NCBI GenBank assembly: GCA_047967505.1
Contig: CM106538.1
DNA length: 64,000 bases
Source: Dipteris shenzhenensis
Taxonomy: Eukaryota
Direction: 5' to 3' (one strand)
Part shown: positions 23,659 through 35,959 of the stretch, piece by piece
Position numbering within the stretch: position 1 is the first letter of the stretch
Layout of the letters: the number at the start of each line of letters is the position of its first letter
Program-made: the position numbers and the translations under genes
Notes under the pieces: model-generated
The model's input: the letters and a program-made list of their open reading frames with translations, nothing else
Databases searched by the model: none
What the model was told of the DNA's origin: nothing

Positions 23659-23676
23659 TGGTTCCGTTGCCGGGAC
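23659..23676 (+). promoter_or_regulatory. 18-nt tRNA-Glu primer-binding site of Gypsy C
   Basis: TGGTTCCGTTGCCGGGAC, 1 nt after the LTR end GGTTTCA. Confidence 0.85.
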
Positions 23677-23770
23677 ACCACACACTCTTTCTCAAGAGGT
23701 GGGCCTCAGTAGTTTGGTGGAAGGATATCTTTGCTGCACTTTTTGACAGCTGAATATTACAACCATAAAC

Positions 23771-26700
23771 ATGGTGAGTACCCATGAGCAAGAGAGCTCC
23801 ACAACTCCTCAAAGGAGAAGGCAGGAAAGCCTTAATGATCCAGCTAGTGTACAGCTGCAGGGAGCACAACAAATGTCTTTTGAGCAGGCCACACATGAAG
23901 CTACAACTGAGCTCAACGGTGATACTAGTTCTAGCAGTGAGTCAGATGATGCTACTATGTTGAATGCACAGCTTGCAAGTGCAGTGACTGCTTTGACTCA
24001 GCTGGCTCAAAATTTGGCTTAGATTGTGCAAACAAATGCCAAGAAGAAGAAGAAGAAATCAAGAAAGTACAAGCACGGAAAGAGTGAGTACACACATGCA
24101 TCAGCTTCTCATGGCGGACCGCACACTCATGCATCAGTTTCTCATGAGGGACAGCCATAAAAAATGACGCAGAAAGTGACTTCCAAGAGAGAGGAATCAC
24201 CCAAAAGAGCACTTGAGAAAGAGGTACAAAAAGTACAGCCAGTGCAACAGTATGAGCAGCCAGCACAAGGCCTTGGTTTGGGTACTTCTACTCCTCAAAA
24301 TAATAATGTGCAGTCCATAAATGTGGCTCAACCACCTCAGCCATATTTGAGGCAGCAACCTGAATATTTTGGTACAGATTCTATCTTTGATGCTATGTTG
24401 ATTTCACCACCAATTGGGCATAGAAAGCAAGCCATGTATGACAATGTGGGAATGCAGCCAGGCATGCAAGCCACAGCATATGCTCCCATGCCTACTGTTC
24501 AGCCAAGCATGGCTCTCCCTAGTGAATGCTGCAAATATACAGCCATCTTTGGGACAGCCAATATCAAATGTATATAAAGAATTTAAGGATGGTGGTTCTC
24601 ATGTCAAGTTTGATACATGTAATGGAGTACAGGACAGGTACAAAGCCCTCACATTCCTTCAACAGTTTGATGTTGCATTTCTTGGGGGTTTGTTTACAGA
24701 AGCATCCAAGATGAGGAAGGTTGCCACATTTTTGAAAGGCAATGCACTTAAGTGGTACACCAACCTTATGCTTCATGGAGATGCACCTACTACTTGGCTG
24801 GAATTTAAGCAAGTGTTCCATTCTACTTGGCTTACTCCAACTTTTGAAGTTGAAGTACTTTCACACTGGCATGACTTGTCATAGAAACTTTGCAAGAATC
24901 TTGATGATTACACCCAGAGGTTTTGGGATGTTTTGCTGCCATTGAGCTCTTACAGGCATGTTTCTTTGAAAGAGCAAATAGAGAGGTACTGTTGTGGATT
25001 GCCTAGTGAGCTACATGATTATTGCATCAAAACCAAGGTGGGTTCTATGACTCAATTAATTGAGAATGCAAGGACAGCATATGCATGGATGCAGGAGAAG
25101 AATTTGGGCTTTATGGACAGCAAGAAAGAAGACAACAAACGGACTGCCAAACACCGGGATGGACATCAAATCTGAAAATATAAATTATGGCAAACGACCG
25201 TTTCAAAAGGGAGGAAAAGCCCAATTCAAAGCTGGCCAAAGGCGTGGACAGCCTAATAAACAGCCCCGTACCAAGTTATTTGATGAAGAGAAAAAGTCAC
25301 TTATGGAGCAAAACAAATGTTTTATATGCAAAGGAGAGGGACACCGCTCTTATGATTGCCCATCCAAGAAAAGAGACAGGTCAAATGATATAAGAATGGT
25401 GATAAACAGGCTGATTGGAAGGGCAAAAGGCCTAAACCTTCCGCAGGACTTCTTCCAGATGTGATTGGGAGTTTGCCACATGCACATGATGAAGAGGAGA
25501 CGAAAAAGACTGAGATGTGCAGAGCATGGGGAAAAATCAGTAATCAAAATTGTTTGTTTTTCTTTGATTCTGGGGCAAAGGCGAATTTCATAACTCCTGA
25601 TATGGTAGGAAGGTTTGGCATCAAGCCTAAGGAAATGGGGCCATCCGGCATGTGTGATATGGCCAACCTTGAACTCAACACACCTATCACTCCTATCATT
25701 GGCAAGTTAAGGATGCATATCCAGGGATATTAGGATGCAGAGGACTTCTACATTATGCCTTTGCCAGAGTGTGATGCTTTGCTTGGGATGCCTTGGATGT
25801 ACAGGGTGGGGCTGATGTGCAGATGAGAAACAAGAAGATTTCTTTAACTCATAGAGACAAAAATCATGTACTTGATGTAAAGTTGAAAGGGGAGTCCATC
25901 CCTGTAGTTTCAGCTTCTTGTATTTCCAATGTAATAAAGCGTCATATTTTAGCATACTTGATTTTTGTCAAAGAGAACAGCCAACCATTTGAGGAAGACT
26001 CTACTCTTTCTGCTTTAGATAGAGAAAGGGCTGCTTTTATTTCAGATTTTCAGGATTGTTTCTCAGATGCACTTCATCAAGAATTACCTTCTAAGAGGCC
26101 CGAGGATCATCAAATTGATATAATTCCAGGAAGCTCACCGCCTAATATACCTCCCTATCGTGTCAGTAAGGCACAACAGGAAGAGATAATGTCACAAGTG
26201 AAGGAACTCTTGGAAAAGGAATTAATACAGCCAAGTAATTCTTCTTACTGTTTCCCTGTGTTGCTTGTGCAAAAGAAGGATGGCAGTTGGAGAATGTGTA
26301 TTGATTATAGGGCTTTGAATAAAGTCACAATTAAGAACCGTTTTCCAATTCCATGCATTGATGATATATTGGATCGGTTGGAAGGTTTCTCAATGTTCAG
26401 TCGTATTGACCTTAAAAGTGGATACCATCAGATAAGGATACGGCCTGAAGATGTCTACAAGACTGCCTTCCGCACTTCATTTGGCTTATATGAGTTCCTT
26501 GTGATGCCTTTTGGTTTGACTAATGCACCTGCCACTTTCAATAGAATGATGGATAGAATTTTTAGAGCACACAGAAAGTTTGTGGGCACTTTCTTCGATG
26601 ACATCATTGTGTTCTCTAAAAATGAGCAGGAGCACAGGAAACACCTCACTATTGTGTTTCAAGAGTTGAAAAGACACAAGCTATTAATAAACACCAAGAA

Positions 26701-28820
26701 AAGTGAGTTCTTTATGCATGAGATTCATTTTCTCGGTCATATAGTGTCAAAGGATGGAGTCAAGATGGATCCTGCAAAAGTTGAGGCCATAAGGAGTTTG
26801 CCAATTTTGAAAAATCTACATGAAGTCAAAAGCTTTCTTGGGTTGTGTTCATACTATCGGAGGTTTATAAAGTACTTTGCAGAAATTGCTTCTCCCTTGC
26901 ATGCTTTACAAAAGAAAGCTGTACCGTTTCGGTGGGGACCAAAGGAAAATGCAGCTTTTGAAGAGTTGAAGCAAAAGTTGTGTTATGAACCCATTATTAT
27001 CTTGCCAGATCTTGCAAAACCCTTTGCTGTAACTTGTGATGCATGTGGGAACAGCATAGCAGGCACTTTGATGCAGGATGGCAGAGTGGTTGCATATGAG
27101 AGTAGAGCTCTCAAAGATGCTGAATTGTACTTGCAGACATACGAGAAGGAAATGTTAGCAGTGATACATGCTTTGACCACATGGAAACATTACCTTCTTG
27201 GAGCTGATTTTTATGTGCAGACAGATCATCAGTCACTTAGATATTTTCTCACGCAGAGAAAATTATGTGAAAAGCACATGAGATGGGCTAACTTCCTCTC
27301 AATGTTTCATTTTCAAATTGTACATGTGCCGGGTAACAAAAATGTCGTGGCTGATGCACTTTCCAAGAAACCACAGCCTGAAGCAGTCTCCAAGAAACCC
27401 AGTGTTTCAGCAGTGAGCATTGCTTACAACAATGTGTTAGATGTGATGAAAGATCAATATGTTAATGATGCTGATTTTTCAACTATTTATGATCAGCTTT
27501 CTGATGGTCAAAGGCATGATCACTATATGTTGAAAGAGGGTTTCATTTTGATGCATGGCCGACTCTATGTCACTGATCAGATGCGACAGAAAGTCATAAT
27601 GGAAAGTCATGCTTCTCCATATGCAGGACATAGGGGAATTACAACAACAATTACAGCAGTGGAGCAATACTTTTATTGGCCATCTTTGAGGAAAGATGTG
27701 GAAGAATATGTGAGAACATGCATGGTTTGTCAGAAAGTAAAGTTTGACAAGTAGAAGGCACCTGGGTTGTTACACCCTTTGCCAATTCCAGATAGACCAT
27801 GGCAAAGCATAGCTATGGATTTTGTGTTTGATCTTCCATGTACTCCTATTGGACATGATGGATTGTGGACAATAATTTGCAGGTTTAGCAAACAAGCCCA
27901 CTTTGTGCCAGTACGAAAGAAAATTACAGCAGATCAAATGGCCAAATTGTTTCTGCAGCATGTCTTCAAGTATCATGGGATGCGGAGCAGGAAAACTCTA
28001 ACATCTTGGATATGTTTAAATGCTATGTCTCAGACCACAAAAGCAAATGGGAGCATTATTTGCCTTTGCTGGAATATGCTTACAATAATACGGTGCACAC
28101 ATCCACAGGTAAAGCACCTTTTGAAATAGTGGAAGGTGCCAGGAAGATACCTCCCATTTTGCATACAAAAGAGAAAATCTTCGAAGCTGATCGTTTTGTG
28201 GAAAGCCTTGAAGAGGCTTACAAGAAGATCAAATATGCCTTGCAAAGAAGTCAGGACAAGCAGAAAAGAGTAGCAGATAAGCACTGCAGGGAATTGGTAT
28301 TCATAGAAGGTGATTGGGATTTGCTGCGTTTTCAGAAGGCAAGGCTGAAAAATAAGAAAGGCAAGGAAAGGTTGTACACAAAGCTGAACATGCGTTACTA
28401 TGGTCCTTTCCAGGTTTCTGAAAAGATAAACGAGGTAGCTTACAGGCTGAAGTTGCCTCCGCATTGGAAGATACATAATGCCTTTCATGTGAGCTTATTA
28501 AAGCAATATCATGGAGATGTTTCGAGGATTTACCTGATGAGGTGCAGCCTGAAGTGGAAGAACAGGATGAACTTCTGGTCCCAGAGCAGATTCTGGCACA
28601 CAGAGATAGAAAGCTCAAGGGTAAAGTTATCCGTCGCTACTTGGTAAAATTTCAAAATTACCCATCACTTGATGCGAAATGGATGGAGGAAGGTGAACTG
28701 ACAAATTCACATGGGATATTGCAGCTTTACCTTGATGCTTTCCAGTTAGAGTCGACTGCGGTCCGGGCTTCTACGGGTAGTTCAGCAGAGCGAGCATTTG
28801 GAGCATTACTTGGTGTTTGA
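23771..28820 (+). pseudogene. Gypsy C gag-pol with stops, frameshifts and an integrase-core deletion near 27984
   Basis: Gag, CFICKGEGHRSYDC knuckle, FFDSGA protease, 653-aa RT/RNase H/zinc-finger ORF (25793-27754, FFDDII), GPF motif and chromodomain VPEQILAHR...RYLVKFQNYPSLDAKW. Confidence 0.95.
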
Positions 28821-29156
28821 AAGGGGGGTAGCACCTCCACTCCCTCAGTACAGACGGGCTCACCGTGATTTCATGAGGTCGCTTGATGACATTGTATGTT
28901 TCATCCGAGATACTGAGCTGACAGTATTTCTGCTGTGAGACTTCATGATATTGATGCATCTTGACTATTGATCGCTGAGGATCACATAGATTTTGAGCAG
29001 TGTATATGGATGGATGCATGCCTCTCCTAGCCATATTTTCACTGTCTTTGTATACTATAGCTGCGGCTTTCTTGTATACTCTTTTATGCTATATTTCATG
29101 CTCACTCCTGTCTTTTGGGGCAGCAAACTGTGGTTTGCTGTTTCAAGAGAGGGGTA

Positions 29157-30722
29157 TGTCACGGGGCGTGAAATTCTAAGTACTTTAATGTACTACAAGA
29201 CCGTGATAACTCTGGTTTTAAAAGTCTAAGCATGGGCTTAATAATGTGTAATTAAACGCGGCATGGTGCCTAGCACATAAGCGTAATTAATCCTTAGGCC
29301 CAAAGGCATTCCAAGGAATTAAAAGAGTGGTTGTTGGGAAATGATGATGCGGCATTTTTAATGGGTCCCCTAGAGAGCCATTTAGCTTCAGTGGCCCCCC
29401 TAGAGTTCCAAGTGGCTCTAGTGCCTTCTACATGCTCCTTTGCCATTCCTGGACCTTCATGGGCCTTCTAAACTTCACATGTGTGGTTTTCTCTCTCATC
29501 TTCTCCCTTTGTTGAGATTTAGTTTTTAAGCCTCCTTTAGCTGAATTCCGTTTTTCTTCATAACTCCTCACCCGTTTGGATTCCTCGACTTCCGTTTGGC
29601 CCGATGGTTTCCCCTCTGCCTCCCCTTCGTAGTGATATGTTTTTCCCTCCATGCGTTTGGTAGAACGGGCAGAGCTGAGCACTTCTTTTGCTGGTCGAAT
29701 TTGCAAAAGTGGCTTTTTCTGGACCTTTTTGCTTCTACCGCCTCCTGGGCCTCTCCTCTTGCAAAGCTACAGCTTTCTGTTGAATTTCAAGTGGCCCCAC
29801 GTGCTAGTTGACTGGTTTTTCTCACTTTTGGAGGACTTTCCGGCGATGAAACTTCTCCAAAACCTTCTCAATGCATTCCTCTCTGAAGCATGCTTCTTTT
29901 GAGCCCAAGAACTCCCATTTCTTCGCGACAGAAGTGCTTCTTTTCGCATTTTTCAGTGGAATTCTTGCTGGTCGGCTCTTGAAAATGCTCTTTCTTCATG
30001 CCTTTGCACCCCTCTTTGGCTGTATGTCCTCTTGGCGATTGAGGACTTGGTTCGAGTTTTCAAGGCTTGGTGAGTTGTGATTTTGCTGCTGCAATTTCTT
30101 TTTGCCATAAGCTATTGGTTGGCCTCGTGTGCCGCCTCTTTCTTGGCTCACAGGTGCCCAGGCAGTGCTACATGAGTCATTCTTTGGTTGGGTACTCTGC
30201 TGATTTTATTTTGGAGCTTTGAAAAGCTTTGTGAATGCCATCTGGAAACCACTCAAAGAGAGTGCAGCTGGGGTGTAGTGTGATTGCATCTGGACAGCCA
30301 ATGGAATTGCATATGGAAAAGATAATGCCTTTGGTTTGACCCTATGGGTTAAGTGCACTTATGTGATGGTGTTCTATGCTTGAAAGCCTTGCGAAGGCTT
30401 AGTGAATTGGGGCTACGTGCTCAGTTGTAGGGAGGGTCTCCCAGATGCAACTTGTAATCATTTCACTGTGAAATATAAAGAAATACCGAAAGGGGCGCCA
30501 CGGTGTTTGGGGCCAATCGGGTGCACTTGTCTATGTTTGTTGAGCAGGGGCATTCTAGCATCCATCCCTTTTTCAGTGGTTTTGTTTGTGAACAAATGGG
30601 TAAATGCCAAACGGTGATCATGCAATGGTTAATGGTTATGATATATGCTTTGTGAGCTGTAAATAAGTGCTGAAGTGATTAAAGGTTTAGTTCCAGTGCC
30701 CTCTGAGTGATTAGAGGCCGGT
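29157..30722 (+). repeat. 3' LTR of Gypsy C (~1.57 kb)
   Basis: Starts TGTCACGGGG after the PPT; last ~260 bp match 23396-23657; first ~440 bp match the reverse complement of 18650-19224. Confidence 0.92.
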
Positions 30723-31944
30723 TCCAGCTGCCGTGTGGGCAGCATATTCATGGACTTACTTGGCCAAGAGTGGAGCCTCTGGTGGAGTAATTCTGTACGA
30801 GGTGGACACATAGCTGGAGCAGACAGGTCGCAGCAGTTCTGGGGTTGGGGGCTGTTTGGAGCTCCAGACAGAGGCGGACAGAATCGAGCGGGTACATCTG
30901 CAGTACGACAGCAAGGCAAGGGCTATGGGCAGGGTCGGGGCCTGCATAAGACCCTGAAAGCAGGCCGTACAAAGGCGCAGTGGAGCATGATATGCTCAAG
31001 TACCAGCCCTCAATATGGCAGCATTTTATGGTCATTGTTGACCTGGTATTTTGTTCAGAATTCTATTATTCAATGGTTTCCATTGGGATTTGTTTTATAC
31101 AAGAATTCTTATGGTTTCTCATGGATTATTATGGCCAAAGCGACAGAGTTTTACAGTCATATGTCAGTTATATGTCCTTTTGGAAAGTTTAAGAACCCTC
31201 CGAGTCTATGTCTGACTAGCACGGTAAGTGTTTGGTAGGAAGAAGACCTTGAGAATTGGGAGCACTTGTGCAGTGAATGGAATCTATTTCAAAATAGTTC
31301 TTTCCAAAGCGATCCCAAGAAGAGGTTCACACTACTTGGAAACAATAATAGTATATCTGCAAATCACTCCATGAGAGAAGACTTGAGGGGTCTCTCAGGA
31401 AAAGAAGACGAAGAAAGGCTCCGAGAAATATATAAGGCTGAGTATCTCTTTTATGTTGATAAAGTTTGCCTTATGAAGATCTAACCCTTGTATGGCAATG
31501 GAAGGAGAAAAATGGATTGTTTTCTTGAATTGTCTCAGGGAAACACTACTCATAAATGAGAAGTCTTTAGAGCCTGATGCGCTCAAGTGTTTGTACAAGT
31601 GATCATTGGCCAAGTGTTTTTTCCCCTTATTTGGGAATCAAAGGTGGAGGCCAAAGAAGCCGAGGGGAAAACAAAGCCCTTGGAAGAAGCAGCCCATCTT
31701 ATCACCGAACTGTTGAGGTTCTCTGCAAGGAAGATAATTAGCAGAGCATAGAAAAAATGATGGATTTCTATTATTAGAGTCTTATGACTGTTTTGGAACA
31801 TTTTCCTTCCACCACCAGCATAAATGGCAAGAGTCAAGGCTTGTGAAAGGCAAAGCCGTCAACTCCATAGGAAATATGGGCATGGATTTGCCAAGAAAAA
31901 GAAGGGCCTATGGCTGCCTAGTGCTCTTAGAGAACAGGAAATGC

Positions 31945-33327
31945 TGCTAAGCCCAAAAAAGGAAAAAGCCTAGAAAATATTATATTACCAATTCACAATT
32001 GAAGATGCAGCTGGGACACCAACAGGATCAGCAACAGTGTGGAGCTCAATAGAAAATGAGTGTATGCACAGGTAACTAGGGCAGATATCGAGAAGATGTA
32101 AACATCAAGGCAATCTCTCACACAACTCGACTAGAATGCAATCAAACAAGGTCACATAATCTTTCCCAATTCACAAGGATCCAGGAAAGCTAGCATCTTC
32201 AAACTGATAGCGCTTCCACTCCCTCTCACAAGTCCTGTGTTCCTTAGGAAACCAGCCCGAATCAATGATCTCAATCAGCCTATCCTTCCTGACTGATGGC
32301 GCAACCCTCGACGAAGCCGCAACGAAGCCACACTAAAGCTCAGACAGGGCCGGACATTCTCAATTTACATATGAAGCAGGAAGGCGACAATGCTCAGCAC
32401 AAGGCGTTTCCGTGTGTTTGCTGGTACTTTGGTGTCAAAAACCATTCATGCCTTGTGCATAGCCATCAACCCGTACCAGCTCTCCGTAAGCTGGCGAATC
32501 TGTCATGCACCAACAAAGCCTCGTGTCCCCTTCCTTTCTCTTGGAAACAACCACCCAAACTCCTTTTAGCCAAGCTCCTGCAAAATCAAACTTGTATCCT
32601 CTAGATTTCTCACGACGTGTTCATGCCAACAGCTCCAAGATTCCAGCTCATTCTCTTCAGCGCACGATCATTCTCTAGAATTCTCCAGCAAATTCAATCT
32701 CACATGCCATCGCCAACTCGCCATCTAGAAGCATGGAGAACATAGTCACATAGCCACTATGCATGCAACAGGCACGTCTCGCTTCATTTCCAAATTTTCA
32801 GCCACGTAATCAGATTGATTTTACCACTCTTCCATCCCTTTCTCAAAGTCCTAGGACAAGGCAATTTATCCCTACTCTAGACCTTAGACACTCCCCCCAC
32901 TCACAAACTTTACATAGGGCAATTAATGCATGAATACCCACACTTGACCACACATAATGAATGCCCACACTTGACCACACATAAATCAGCCCCAACCTGT
33001 ACATGAATGCTCACATGACTTCACCACAATATGGACCACCACTCATGACAATATAAACACTTGGCAAAGGACTACAATGACGGACATATGTCATCCACGA
33101 CCAACACCGTGACACATTGGATACCATGTGCTCTGGATGCTTGGAACCCACATTGCATCTCATCATCTCCCATTGAGGTCCCTGCAAAACACACTTTAAT
33201 AACTTGAAATATTTACATTAGTTCATGGTAACTTGTAGAAGAGCTACCTCTAAACCCAAAAGCCCCCAAACTAGCTAGCTATGCACACCTAAGTACCTAC
33301 CCTTATGTACATGCAGTGCACAAATCA
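31945..33327. mobile_element. Probable solo LTR (1383 bp) inside E
   Basis: TG...CA ends; ATGC duplicated at 31941-31944 and 33328-33331; separates two copies of a ~53-bp tandem unit (GCCAAGAAAAAGAAGGGCCTATGGCTG...). Confidence 0.55.
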
Positions 33328-34619
33328 ATGCCAAGAAAAAGAAGGGCCTATGGCTGTCTAGTGCTCTTAAAGAGCAGGAAATGCCAAAGAAAAGCAAGAA
33401 TCTCTGTGTGGAAAGCACGTGTTTTAGATACAAAAAGAGGGGCATGTGGTTGCCTAGTGCCTTGGAAGACCAGTCGGCCAAAAGAAGCACTGAATGCCAC
33501 AAGACCGATCTAAGTCAACGATTGAAAGTTACCAGATTCCAAGATCCACTTTAGATGGAAGAGATGGAGGAGATCCTCCAGCAAACAAACTATGTACCGC
33601 ACAAAGAAGAAAAGAACCCAGAGGCAAGTTTATCTGTAGGTATCTTGCCAAGTACCAAAACTATTAGGCATTGATGCCAAGAAAGGAGGTATCCTCGAGT
33701 TTTACGGCTGTATGAAGAATCTTTTTAGTTGAGGACAACTGATTAGAAGCCGAGGGGATGTTACTAGATTGGTACTTCTTTCAAGACATAAAGAGGAATC
33801 TTTATTGCATTGATGATAGTCAAAGAATGTTGACTTTGGTTAACTAAGAATAAGTTTGGTTACTTTACTTTTGCTTTGCATTGGTAAAAGAGAACTGTGG
33901 GGACGCAAGGGACCAGGAATAGTCCGAGAATTATGAATGCATGCATTTCGCTAACCTCTAATGGGTTAAATTGTTGGAACTTGTTTGTGTAATGTGTAGG
34001 ACCTAAGAGAGTGCGAAAAGGTCCTAAGAGTGGGAAGAAAAGCACAAAAAGCAGGTCCCACGAGGCCTAAAAGCATGGACAAGGGGGCACCTCTTTAAAG
34101 GAGGGCCCACGAGAGAAAAAAGGCGGCAAAAGCACCAGATTTAAAAAGAAAGCCTAAAAATCTTGGCTTCTATGTAAAAGTAGCTTTTAGAAAGCAGGCC
34201 CTAGCTTTTGGCTAGGCCTAGTCTATAAAAGAAAGTCCCCACACCTCCCAGATTCATTCAAGAGTTGTACTCAACTTTATGCTCTTCTTAGAGCAAGTTG
34301 TACAAAGTATTTTCTATTGCAATAAAGACCTTCGGGGGGTCCAGCCCTTATTTCTGGGCCCTAGTGCTGTGTATTTTCTCTCCCTGGTCACCTTCTATGT
34401 TACGAAATATTCCTAAAGCAAGAGCACGCGCTTCCCAAGCATTGTACAGTTCAATCCAGCGCCAGCCCCTTCACTTTGACATGTGCAATTTTGTTCTGGA
34501 GACAGTATATATTTGCTGCGATCTGTTTACCAGCACCTTCTTTCATTGTGCATCAGTCCCAGGATTGGGTTTGGAGTTCCGGATTTGGTTACCAATAGGC
34601 CCTGCTTCTGCCATTGTCT

Positions 34620-35866
34620 GTGCAGTTCGAGGTGGACTATTATTGGCCTTGCAGGCCCACATGGACTGTCTCCATGGCAGTCCTACGTGGTCTGTTGTGC
34701 TGCTGTTTGGAAGCCTTTGTGGCTACCCTAGGTAGCTGTAGCCTGCCACAAGTGCAAATGCATCTCTCTCTCATTTTCAGGATCCTCCGATCAAGACTAG
34801 GTATGAATGGGAGCCTTTTTGGGGGCTACATCTATTGGAGACAGACTAGGCTCGGGTAGAGAGGCTTCAGGTTCTCATGCTTTCTCTGATGATTCGTAGT
34901 AAGGATTCAATCCCACGTCAAATAGTTTTGGCTGAGTTCGGGGCATCCCCACTACCGCTCAATGTGGGTTTTCAGGTCATCGCATACTTGCACCACAGGG
35001 TGATATAGGCTTCCTTTGTTGGCCTTATCTTCTCCATGGCATTGGCAGCAGAGGGTGACTAGTGGTGCTGGTATGCACACACATGCAGATGGTTTGAGAA
35101 CCTGCGGCTCCACATAGACATGCTACCTCCCTTCTAGTACAGGGTCGAGGTCCCCTCTATCTTGCTCACATATCAAGAGGTGAACTAGGTGATCTAGGAG
35201 GATCTGCTACAGGTACAAATGTTCAGGATTTGGTTGGCACTTCGTGATCTCCCTGTGAAGCTCAGCTTCTATAGAGACCACTGTCTATGGATTTCAGCAG
35301 AGGGGTTCATTGACCCACCGTACACATGGATCCACCTCCCCCACTCTGTGAGGATATCGATAGGGCAATTCTCTCCGTGTTGAGAGTGGTCAGGCAGAGG
35401 GCATATCTAGAGAGGTCCGCATCTGTACCTTATGTGAATCCCGGGAGATCGAGTTAGAGGAGCATTTCACTTTTAAATGCCTTGTGTACTATGAGATCAG
35501 AGGCCGCTATCATTGCCTTTTTAAATGCCTTATGTACTATGAGATCAAAGGTCGCTATCATTGCCTTTTTAGAGATGGTTTTGGATCCCTACCGAGTTTC
35601 CTACCCTACCCAGACTAGATATGCTTTGTTGCCTTCATCTATGAGGTTGTCCGACACAGGGAGCGCTTGTTGAGGGCACGCATGGGAGATCAGGATACAA
35701 AGCTAGACTCCACTCAAAGTATGATCATTGAGTTTTTCCAGCCAGACAACATCAAACAGTAGGACCCATGGAGGTGGCGGCTGCTAGGGACCTGAGCCAA
35801 AGTTAGAGACATATCAGGCTCGTTGGCGCACTAAGGCACAGATCACATTAGGGGACCTTCCTCATT
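34620..35866 (+). mobile_element. Second, more degenerate RTEX-like LINE copy (3' part of the ORF), interrupted by Copia F; start approximate
   Basis: Colinear with the reverse complement of 8580-10393 (QIVLAEFGASP, WYAHT, KLSFYRDH, EGFIDPP, RICTLC...EEHF.FKC, QITLGD); 48-bp internal tandem duplication near 35470-35570. Confidence 0.8.
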
Positions 35867-35959
35867 TGGTATCAGAGCAGGTTGAAGAGCTCCGTGCTCC
35901 CTGCTCCCTTCAGCTCCTACTCTTTGCCTCCAGCTCCAACCTCCCCGTTCAGCTTCAGC

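Larger units (their letters stand above)
23393..30722 (+). mobile_element. Ty3/Gypsy chromovirus C
   Basis: TSD TCCAG at 23388-23392 and 30723-30727; internally deleted 5' LTR 23393-23657; PBS 23659-23676; PPT AAGAGAGGGGTA at 29145-29156; 3' LTR 29157-30722, lacking its last ~4 nt. Confidence 0.92.
22700..34481 (+). mobile_element. Older LTR element E with non-coding interior; LTRs 22700-23392 (truncated) and 33759-34481
   Basis: Diverged ~700-bp direct repeats starting TGTCACC and TGTTACT; PPT AGAAGCCGAGGGGA before 33759; hosts Gypsy C. Flanks do not form a TSD, so the two LTRs may not belong to one insertion. Confidence 0.65.

Noticed and set aside
26580-26610. FFDD instead of YxDD at the RT active site as a novelty
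   Set aside because: FFDD and FIDD are normal in plant chromoviruses such as Reina and Tekay.
22695-34486. TSD for element E
   Set aside because: The flanks GATAG and TGTGC do not match, so E is kept at lower confidence and may be a recombinant or two separate elements.
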